Assembly (NCBI GenBank): GCA_963676355.1
Contig: OY781093.1
Location: forward strand, 1,463,010 to 1,527,009
Direction of reading: 5' to 3'
Length of the DNA stretch: 64,000 nucleotides
Source: Christensenellaceae bacterium
GTDB lineage: Bacteria; Bacillota; Clostridia; Christensenellales; UMGS416
In this document: one piece after another, positions 57,237 to 64,000 of the stretch
How positions within the stretch are numbered: position 1 is the first letter of the stretch
Layout: each line of letters begins with the position of its first letter
Position numbers and translations under genes: made by a program
Notes under the pieces: generated by a model
The model's input: the letters and a program-made list of their open reading frames with translations, nothing else
Databases searched by the model: none
Told to the model about the DNA's origin: nothing

Positions 57237-57464
57237 ATGAGTAAAGAAGTAGTATTGGATTGCTTGGGCGAGGCTTGCCCTGTGCCACTTATCAAAGCAG
57301 AAAAAGAATTGGAAAAACTTGAATCAGGCGATGTTCTTATCGTTCAGATCGACCACAGCTGTGCAATGAAAAATGTTCCGGAATGGGCACGCAAAAAGGG
57401 ACATGAAGTGGAGCTTGAAGAAGTGGACGACGGCGAATGGGAATGCATCATAGAAAAAGCATAA
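57237..57464 (+). CDS. TusA-like sulfurtransferase (YeeD/TsuB-like)
   Basis: The 75-aa product starts LDCLGEACPVPLIKAEKEL, with the CPxP motif. It is inserted between the two YeeE halves. Confidence 0.85.
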   Translation: MSKEVVLDCLGEACPVPLIKAEKELEKLESGDVLIVQIDHSCAMKNVPEWARKKGHEVELEEVDDGEWECIIEKA

Positions 57465-57490
57465 CTAAAAGGTAATAAGACTTATTTGAG

Positions 57491-58048
57491 GTGAGAAACT
57501 TGAAGAAATTTTTTGACAAAATAAAACAGAATGAGTTCTACAAGATATGGTTTAAAAAAGCATTACCATATGTTGCAGGAGCAGTGCTTTTGTCAGTGTT
57601 CCAGATTGTGACTTTTACGACAACAGGCAATCCCTGGGGTGTTTCGGGTATATTTGCAAACTGGGGCGCATGGCTTTTTGAAGCTGTTGGCGGCTCGGTT
57701 GACAAATGGTTTTACTTTTCTTCACCCGGCGCGCAGGCAACTCTTGATGCAGGCTTTTTAAGCCATGCACCAACGTGGAGAAACATAGGGATAATATTTG
57801 GTGCGCTTTTTGCTGCACTTATGGCTTCAGGTTTCAAATTAAAGAAAATTAAGTCATTTAAGCAAGTTGCTGCTGCAACATTGGGCGGCCTTCTCATGGG
57901 ATATGGAGCAAGAATTGCATTTGGATGCAATATTGGCGCTCTGTTTTCAGGAATTGCTTCCTTGTCGCTTTCAGGCTGGGTATTTGCCCTGTTCATGTTT
58001 GGCGGCGCTGTGGTCGGCAGCAAACTTTTAGTTAAATACTTTATGTAA
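57491..58048 (+). CDS. YeeE/YedE-family transporter, C-terminal half-protein
   Basis: It has the third conserved Cys motif GARIAFGCNIGALFSG and 4-5 TM segments. Confidence 0.8.
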   Translation: MRNLKKFFDKIKQNEFYKIWFKKALPYVAGAVLLSVFQIVTFTTTGNPWGVSGIFANWGAWLFEAVGGSVDKWFYFSSPGAQATLDAGFLSHAPTWRNIGIIFGALFAALMASGFKLKKIKSFKQVAAATLGGLLMGYGARIAFGCNIGALFSGIASLSLSGWVFALFMFGGAVVGSKLLVKYFM

Positions 58049-58059
58049 AGGACTTTATT

Positions 58060-59292
58060 ATGGCTAGAGAAAAAAAAGTAGAACAATATGATGTCGTTAT
58101 TGTCGGCGGAGGAGCTTCAGGGCTTACAGCCGGAATATACTGCGGAAGAGCTAAACTTAAAACACTTATAGTTGAGCAGGCTTTGGTGGGCGGCATTGCA
58201 ACTAATACAAATGACATTGAAAATTATCCGGGATTTCCGGAAGGAATATCAGGAATTGACCTTATGAACCTTTTTAAAGAGCAGGCAAAAAGATTCGGAG
58301 TGAAATTCAAGCTCACAAATGTGAAAACTGTGGATTTTTCAGGCGATATAAAAATCCTTGAAACATTCAGAAACAGATATGAAGCAAAATCTGTGATAAT
58401 CGCAAATGGATCAAAGCCAAGGGTTTTGGGCATTGACAGCGAAGAACAGTTCATTGGAAAAGGAATCGCTTTTTGCGCCACATGCGACGCAGCTGCAAAT
58501 ACGGGCAAAGAAGTTGTTGTTATAGGCTCAGGCGATGCGGCAATAGAAGAAGGAATGTTCCTTACTAAGTTTGCCAGCAAAGTTACAGTTTCCGTGCTTC
58601 ATGATGAAGGCGTTATGGACTGCAACGAGATTGCAAAAGCGGCAGCTCTTGCAAACCCTAAGATGGAATTTAAGTGGAATACAGTGGTTGATGAATATAT
58701 CGGCGGCGAAGAGCTTGAAGCTGTAAACCTAAAAAATCTTAAAACAGGCGAAATAGAGCGTATAGACTGCGCCACATGCTTCTTATTTATAGGATTTGTG
58801 CCGAACACAAATATATACAAGGACATAGTTAAAATGACTGACCGCGGATATGTTATAACTGATGAGGAAATGCGCACTAATATTCCGGGCGTGTTTGCAG
58901 CAGGCGATGTTCGCGACAGATTCCTAAGACAGGTTGCAACTTGTGTAGGTGACGCGGCTACAGCAGGTGTTATGGCTGAAAAGTATATCGCAGAAAGCGA
59001 AATATTTGAACATCAGATCATGATGGGCGACGGCATTGCATATGTATATGACGCGGTAAACAAAGACCAAAGAGAGTTTTTGTCTGTCATTGAAGAGATA
59101 GAAGCACTTTATGAAAACCATGGTTGTCATAAGGTGGACACATATAAATCAAAAGGCTTGGCAGCGCGCCTAGGATGTGAAGACTGCCCGGCTGTTGTCA
59201 TCATAAAAGACGGCAAAATATATGAGACGTTGTCTGAAGATGAGCTCAGCAAAGAAGAAATCATTGCTGCCATAAAAGCTTCAAAGGAGTAA
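58060..59292 (+). CDS. thioredoxin-disulfide-reductase-like flavoprotein fused to a C-terminal thioredoxin-fold (monothiol) domain
   Basis: It has the FAD site GGGASGLTAG, the CATC redox disulfide and the NAD(P) site VIGSGDAA. A ~95-aa C-terminal extension has Trx-like beta-alpha topology (HGCHKVD...CPAVVIIKDGKIYE) but no CxxC. Confidence 0.75.
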   Translation: MAREKKVEQYDVVIVGGGASGLTAGIYCGRAKLKTLIVEQALVGGIATNTNDIENYPGFPEGISGIDLMNLFKEQAKRFGVKFKLTNVKTVDFSGDIKILETFRNRYEAKSVIIANGSKPRVLGIDSEEQFIGKGIAFCATCDAAANTGKEVVVIGSGDAAIEEGMFLTKFASKVTVSVLHDEGVMDCNEIAKAAALANPKMEFKWNTVVDEYIGGEELEAVNLKNLKTGEIERIDCATCFLFIGFVPNTNIYKDIVKMTDRGYVITDEEMRTNIPGVFAAGDVRDRFLRQVATCVGDAATAGVMAEKYIAESEIFEHQIMMGDGIAYVYDAVNKDQREFLSVIEEIEALYENHGCHKVDTYKSKGLAARLGCEDCPAVVIIKDGKIYETLSEDELSKEEIIAAIKASKE

Positions 59293-59296
59293 TATC

Positions 59297-60190
59297 GTGA
59301 AAAAGAGAATGCTAATAATCCTTATCGCATTAATAATTGTTTCGTTTTCAGCTTGCGCAAATTTTGACTTTGCACAAACGGGTGATTACATCGTTACACC
59401 CAAACAAGCTGAGGCACTCATTAATGACGGTGTGACTGTTGTTGATGTGCGAAGTGCCGAAGACTATGGCTTAGGCCATGTCGCAGGGGCTGTAAACATA
59501 CCAATGAGCACACTTACAGTTAGTGAGCCATATGCAAACATGCTTCCTGATGCGGCTCAAGTGGAAGAAGTTATGAGTGCGGCAGGCATATCGCAAACTG
59601 ATGAACTTTTGGTTTATGATGATGCAAAAAACATGCAAGCAGCCCGCGTGCAGTGGACGCTCAACATGTATTCAAACTTCAATGTGCGTGTGATAAGCGG
59701 TGGGGTTAAAGCACTCAAAGAGCAGGGAGTTGATTTCGATTCTAACAGCGTAGAGCTTGAAACAGTTGAATATAGCGCTGGTGATTATCAGAAGTCATTA
59801 ATTGTTAATCTTGACTATTTGAAATCCGTCATTAACATGCCGGATGAAAACACTGTGATTATAGACACCCGCAGCGATGATGAATATTATGCTGGGACGA
59901 TTCCCAGCGCATGCCACATAGAATATGTTTGGAATATGTATGCAAACGGTGAGTACAAAACACCGCGCGACATACAAAGCACATATCTGGCAGAGGGCAT
60001 AAAGCCCGAAATGAAAATTATCCTGTTTTGCAAAACATCAGTAAGAGCTGCCCAAACATATGCAGCACTTAAAGATGCAGGATATGAAGATGTAAGGATA
60101 TATGACGGTGCTTGGTTGGAATATGAGGATGTTGAAAATCCTCAGCCACCGTCGGAAAATATCACACCCACGAGGCAAGACGCTTCGTAA
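59297..60190 (+). CDS. lipoprotein thiosulfate/3-mercaptopyruvate sulfurtransferase-type tandem rhodanese
   Basis: It has a lipobox (VSFSAC). The N-terminal domain is an inactive rhodanese and the C-terminal domain carries the catalytic loop CKTSVRA. The GTG start is behind an AGGAG RBS and overlaps the trxR-like stop. Confidence 0.8.
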   Translation: MKKRMLIILIALIIVSFSACANFDFAQTGDYIVTPKQAEALINDGVTVVDVRSAEDYGLGHVAGAVNIPMSTLTVSEPYANMLPDAAQVEEVMSAAGISQTDELLVYDDAKNMQAARVQWTLNMYSNFNVRVISGGVKALKEQGVDFDSNSVELETVEYSAGDYQKSLIVNLDYLKSVINMPDENTVIIDTRSDDEYYAGTIPSACHIEYVWNMYANGEYKTPRDIQSTYLAEGIKPEMKIILFCKTSVRAAQTYAALKDAGYEDVRIYDGAWLEYEDVENPQPPSENITPTRQDAS

Positions 60191-60205
60191 CAGAAAGGAA
60201 TAAGA

Positions 60206-61786
60206 ATGAAAAAATTATTAGTAATCCTTATGGCTGCAATCATGGTTTTCGCCGTGACAGCATGCTCAGGAGGAAACGCACTTGAAAGCGCAGCCAATGA
60301 CTATTTTGCGCAATATCCAGGCAGTCGCATAATAACTTGGGACGACCTTTTCGCTAAAATTGACGCAGGAGATGAACCTTTCATCCTAAGCATTCGTCAA
60401 AGCGACGTTTACAATGAAGGTCATATCGTTGGTGCATATCTTGCATCTTGGGGAACGGATTTGGCAGAAAAAGTTTCAATGCTTCCTAAAGACGAACCTG
60501 TTTATGTATATTGCTATTCAGGACAGACAGCAGGACAGACAGTTGCACTTATGAATATCCTAGGAATCGAAGCTTATTCAGTAAAATCAGGCTATAACTT
60601 GGGCGCCTCAAAAACAGAAGGCTTTGAAGCTTATGTTGAAACAGAAGCAAATGAGCTTCCTGATGCAGGCGCAAAATTTGATAAAGCAGTTTTGGAATTT
60701 GCACAAGAATATTTCAACACTGTAGCTGATAATTCTAACAACATCATGGCAGCAAGTGCCGCCGCTCCATTGATTGAAGCTGGTGACCTTACTGTTATGG
60801 ATATCCGCAAAGCAGACGACTACAATGCAGGCCACATCGAAGGCGCAGTAAACGTACCTTTCGGCGAAGGCATGCAGGAAAAATTTGCAGACTTTGAAGG
60901 CAAAAAAATCATCGTTGCTTGCTATTCAGGACAAACAGCAGGACAGACAGTTGGCGTGCTTCGTGCACTTGGCTATGACGCTATATCACTTAAAAGCGGC
61001 ATGGGCGGCTGGACAAGCTATGTGAAAACTGCTGCCGCAGATGCATATTTTGCACCTGAGTTTGCAAACCCAATGATTTCATGGGAAGCACTTTTTGAGA
61101 AAATGGACGCAGGCGAAGAGCTTAACATAGTTTCTATCCGTCAGCAGGACGTATATGACGAAGGTCACATCAAAGGCGCAGTTCTTGCTTCTTGGGGTGC
61201 AGACCTCGCTGAAAAAGTTTCAATGCTTCCTACAGACGAGCCTGTTTATGTATATTGCTATTCAGGACAGACAGCAGGACAGGCAACAGCACTTATGCGC
61301 ATGCTTGGAATTGAAGCATACTCTGTTAAGTCAGGATACAATGTAGGCGCTACAGCAGTTGAAGGCTATGAAGCTTATACTGAAACAGCAGCAAATGAAA
61401 TAGCTGATGCAGGCGCAAGCTTTGATGCAGTTCTTTTAAAAGAAGTTGAATCATATTTCACAGCAGTAACTGACAATGCAAACTTCAAAATCGGCTGGGA
61501 TGACGCTCAGGCAGCAGTTGATGCCGGAGAAGCAACAGTTATTGATATTCGTAAAGCAGATGACTTTGCAGCAGGACATATCGTAAACGCTATAAACATA
61601 CCTTTCGGCGAAAGCATGGACTTTAGCGAATTGCCAGAAGGCAAATTAATCGTAGCTTGCTATACAGGACAGACAGCAGGACAGACAACAGCAGTTCTTC
61701 GTATGCTTGGTCATGACGCAGTATCTCTTCACTTTGGCATGACTGCCGGTTGGATTAAAGAAGGATATCCGGTAGTAACTGACTAG
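60206..61786 (+). CDS. lipoprotein with four rhodanese domains, each with a catalytic Cys loop (CYSGQTAGQ / CYTGQTAGQ)
   Basis: It has a lipobox (AVTAC|SGG). The four repeats each have the VY(V/A)CYSGQTAGQT loop. Domain pairs 1-2 and 3-4 are near-identical. Confidence 0.8.
   Translation: MKKLLVILMAAIMVFAVTACSGGNALESAANDYFAQYPGSRIITWDDLFAKIDAGDEPFILSIRQSDVYNEGHIVGAYLASWGTDLAEKVSMLPKDEPVYVYCYSGQTAGQTVALMNILGIEAYSVKSGYNLGASKTEGFEAYVETEANELPDAGAKFDKAVLEFAQEYFNTVADNSNNIMAASAAAPLIEAGDLTVMDIRKADDYNAGHIEGAVNVPFGEGMQEKFADFEGKKIIVACYSGQTAGQTVGVLRALGYDAISLKSGMGGWTSYVKTAAADAYFAPEFANPMISWEALFEKMDAGEELNIVSIRQQDVYDEGHIKGAVLASWGADLAEKVSMLPTDEPVYVYCYSGQTAGQATALMRMLGIEAYSVKSGYNVGATAVEGYEAYTETAANEIADAGASFDAVLLKEVESYFTAVTDNANFKIGWDDAQAAVDAGEATVIDIRKADDFAAGHIVNAINIPFGESMDFSELPEGKLIVACYTGQTAGQTTAVLRMLGHDAVSLHFGMTAGWIKEGYPVVTD
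60380..61760 (+). repeat. intragenic tandem duplication (~744-bp period) inside the tetra-rhodanese gene
   Basis: For example, 60470-60545 (aaagtttcaatgcttcc...cctgtttatgtatattgctattcaggacagacagcaggacag) recurs at 61214-61289 with few substitutions. The ggacagacagcaggacagac core occurs four times. Confidence 0.75.
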
Positions 61787-61844
61787 TAGCTGATTTGATA
61801 TTGGAGCAAACGCTCTTTATCAATAAGTATTAAAAAGACTAAAT

Positions 61845-61881
61845 GACCCCTTCGGCATATGACCGTCGGGGTCTTTTGTTT
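61845..61881 (+). terminator. rho-independent terminator after the rhodanese operon
   Basis: The sequence is gacccc-ttcggcatatgaccgtc-ggggtc followed by ttttgttt. Confidence 0.65.
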
Positions 61882-61987
61882 GAAGAGCTTTTTAGGAAAG
61901 TTTTTAACTAAATTTTGGCTAATCGCTATGATTGTTTCAGGGTATGGTTTATTATTAATTGATACCAGATGATTAAAAGGACAAATA

Positions 61988-62605
61988 ATGGACAATACAA
62001 AAGTGCAGCTCAAAAAATATTATGATAAGTATGCCAATGACAGAAACATGAGCCAAAAGCATCAATGGAAGATAGACTTACGTGACACATTCCTTAAAGA
62101 AATGAAAAAGGAAGGTTGTCGTGAATTGCTGGAGGTCGGAGTCGGTACTGGTCAGGATAGCTTGGTTTTTATGGAAAACGGGCTCAATGTTAAAGCTATT
62201 GATTTGTCTCAGGAGCATGTGAGGATATGCAAAACCAAAGGCATTGAGGCTCATGTGATGGACATGATGGATATGTCTTTTGAAGATAGTTGTTTTGACT
62301 GCATTTATACCCTAAACTGCCTTTTGCACATACCAAAAAATTCTCTATCCAAAGCGTTTAACGAGTTTTCGCGAGTACTAAAATCAGGCGGATATATGTT
62401 TATCTGTCAATATGGAAATAAGGAAGAAGACGATGAAGGTATAAAGAATTTTGATGGCAAAGGTGAGCGGTTTTTTGCGTTTAGAACTGTTGAATCGTTT
62501 CTTGAGATAGTTAATGAGACGGGAATAAAGGTTATAAAATCCGGTGTATTGGATGTCGGCTTTGACACATCAGAAGTGCAATATTTTATATTGAAAAAAA
62601 GTTGA
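61988..62605 (+). CDS. class I SAM-dependent methyltransferase
   Basis: It has SAM motif I (LEVGVGTGQDS) and post-I acidic motif II (KAIDLS). Confidence 0.8.
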   Translation: MDNTKVQLKKYYDKYANDRNMSQKHQWKIDLRDTFLKEMKKEGCRELLEVGVGTGQDSLVFMENGLNVKAIDLSQEHVRICKTKGIEAHVMDMMDMSFEDSCFDCIYTLNCLLHIPKNSLSKAFNEFSRVLKSGGYMFICQYGNKEEDDEGIKNFDGKGERFFAFRTVESFLEIVNETGIKVIKSGVLDVGFDTSEVQYFILKKS

Positions 62606-62612
62606 AATTATA

Positions 62613-64000
62613 ATGAAGTTTATGAATAAAGAAAAGAAAAACTATACTTTTATTATTGGATTAGCCGTCTATTTTATAGCAGGTCTTTTGTTTCTTCAAA
62701 AATTTCCATTCATGCACTCGGATGAGTCGTGGCTTTCAGGACTTACTCGCACCATGATGCATAGCGGACTGGACTCCACAGAGACTTTTTTTGACCTGCT
62801 CCCTCGATATCCACATGCGATAAAAACACTGTTTCATCTCGTTCAGATGCCGTTTATTCTTATATTCGGATACAATCTGTTTGCGGTGCGGCTTGTATCA
62901 TTGATTTTTTCGTGTGCGGCAATTTATATTATTTATAAAATTGCATATAGCTTTTCACAATCTAAAAATTTTTCAGATATTGCAGCAGTTGCTGTGGCAT
63001 TTGATGTGCAGTTTAAATATGCCTCGCATTTTGCACGGCAGGAGATAATAATTGCTTTTGGGATGCTTTTGGCAATATATTATATTTATAAAAGTATCGC
63101 TTCATGGTCGCTTAAAAACGATGTTATCGCAGGCGCTATAGTAGGGCTAATGATAGGCATTCATCCCAATTCATTCATAGCCGCGCTTTCCGTGGGAAGC
63201 ATTTATTTATATTACATAATTGTAGATAAGAAGATTACGTTTAAGAACCTCTTTACATTAATAGGTGTGGTTTCCTTGTTTGCCGCAATATTTGTTGGGG
63301 TGAGCTATATTTTTGATGGGCAGTTTATTTCTCACTATTTAAAGTATGGAGACCATCTTGGGGTTACACAGACATTTGGGGAGAAAGTACAGTCAATAGT
63401 GCCTTTTTATCAAAAGCTGTGGATGGGGATATCGGGAACATACTACACTCCTTGGATAAAAATACAGCTTGTGCTATTTGGTGTGACAATTATAGGCGCA
63501 GCTATATATGCGCACTGGAATAAGCAGGTTTTGCTTTTTATATTCCCAATTATTGCAGTAAATGTTGGATATATAGTAATCGGGCGATACTCACAGCCTT
63601 CGATACTTCTAATGTTTATAGTATGTTGGATGCTTGTTATATTCCTTTTAAGCCGTATAAAGAAATTTAAAACCGTAGTATCAGCTATACTTGCTTTTGC
63701 AATGCTAGTGTCGTCTGCGATGCAAATTTCACCTTACATAAATGATGATTATAAGCAGTATTTAAAGAGTATAAACGATAGCGTTCCGCAAGATGCAAGG
63801 GTGCTTGCGAATCTAAATGCTGAGTACGCTTTTTCATATGATAGGCTATATGATTATAGAAACTTGGGATATCTGGACGACAATGAGCTGAGTTTCAAAG
63901 ACTATGTGAAATCAAACCACATTGAGTATATAATATATCCTGAAGAGATGGATTATATCTATGAAAGCAGGCCCGTCTGGAACATAGTATATGGCAATAT
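62613..64000 (+). CDS. GT-C-fold membrane glycosyltransferase (ArnT/PMT/GT39-like), N-terminal ~460 aa; the gene continues past the window end
   Basis: The frame is open from the ATG at 62613 to the window end. It has many TM helices and the first-loop acidic motif (HSDESW) typical of GT-C lipid-linked-sugar transferases. It is missing from the ORF track because no stop falls in the window. Confidence 0.55.
   Translation, partial: MKFMNKEKKNYTFIIGLAVYFIAGLLFLQKFPFMHSDESWLSGLTRTMMHSGLDSTETFFDLLPRYPHAIKTLFHLVQMPFILIFGYNLFAVRLVSLIFSCAAIYIIYKIAYSFSQSKNFSDIAAVAVAFDVQFKYASHFARQEIIIAFGMLLAIYYIYKSIASWSLKNDVIAGAIVGLMIGIHPNSFIAALSVGSIYLYYIIVDKKITFKNLFTLIGVVSLFAAIFVGVSYIFDGQFISHYLKYGDHLGVTQTFGEKVQSIVPFYQKLWMGISGTYYTPWIKIQLVLFGVTIIGAAIYAHWNKQVLLFIFPIIAVNVGYIVIGRYSQPSILLMFIVCWMLVIFLLSRIKKFKTVVSAILAFAMLVSSAMQISPYINDDYKQYLKSINDSVPQDARVLANLNAEYAFSYDRLYDYRNLGYLDDNELSFKDYVKSNHIEYIIYPEEMDYIYESRPVWNIVYGN

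Noticed and set aside
1-64000. CRISPR arrays, rRNA/tRNA genes, and IS elements, integrases or prophage.
   Set aside because: There are no regularly spaced direct repeats. There are no tRNA-like GTTCGA/T-loop signatures in the intergenic regions. There are no transposase, integrase or recombinase-like ORFs. The only notable DNA repeats are intragenic, in the rhodanese and NfeD genes and between the two pilK-like paralogs.

Overview
This is an AT-rich chromosome segment that looks like a Firmicutes (Clostridia-like) genome. It is densely coding, with about 60 genes, and I found no rRNA, tRNA, CRISPR array, transposase or integrase.

Housekeeping content:
- A DUF1015-aspartokinase-purL operon, with purL in the single-chain FGAM synthase form.
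- A RelP/RelQ-type small alarmone synthetase.
- serC-serA.
- A pyrimidine-nucleoside phosphorylase.
- An NfeD-flotillin pair.
- An ArsR/MFS/PNPOx-OYE oxidoreductase group.
- CDF, GNAT and aldo/keto reductase genes.

Accessory-type content:
1. A complete type IV pilus locus (16.5-29.8 kb, minus strand): pilB-pilT-pilC-pilA-pilD, two minor pilins, two tandem paralogous giant GspK/PilK-like pseudopilins carrying parallel beta-helix modules, then pilM-pilN-pilO.
2. A BcsA-like GT2 synthase with a C-terminal PilZ (c-di-GMP) domain, followed by two SHOCT-domain mini-proteins and an OmpR/HK two-component system.
3. A TetR-associated cassette of GSA-type class-III aminotransferase, class-II aldolase/epimerase family protein, FGGY kinase and GPH symporter. 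Its substrate is unknown.
4. The most unusual candidate: a LysR-associated sulfur-trafficking locus (53.7-61.8 kb). It contains a DASS/SLC13 permease plus TusA, a YeeE/YedE transporter split into two genes by an inserted second TusA, a thioredoxin-reductase fused to a Trx-like domain, a two-domain rhodanese lipoprotein, and a four-domain rhodanese lipoprotein carrying a recent internal tandem duplication.

Two paralogous PlsC-type acyltransferases with C-terminal zinc ribbons sit at opposite ends of the window.
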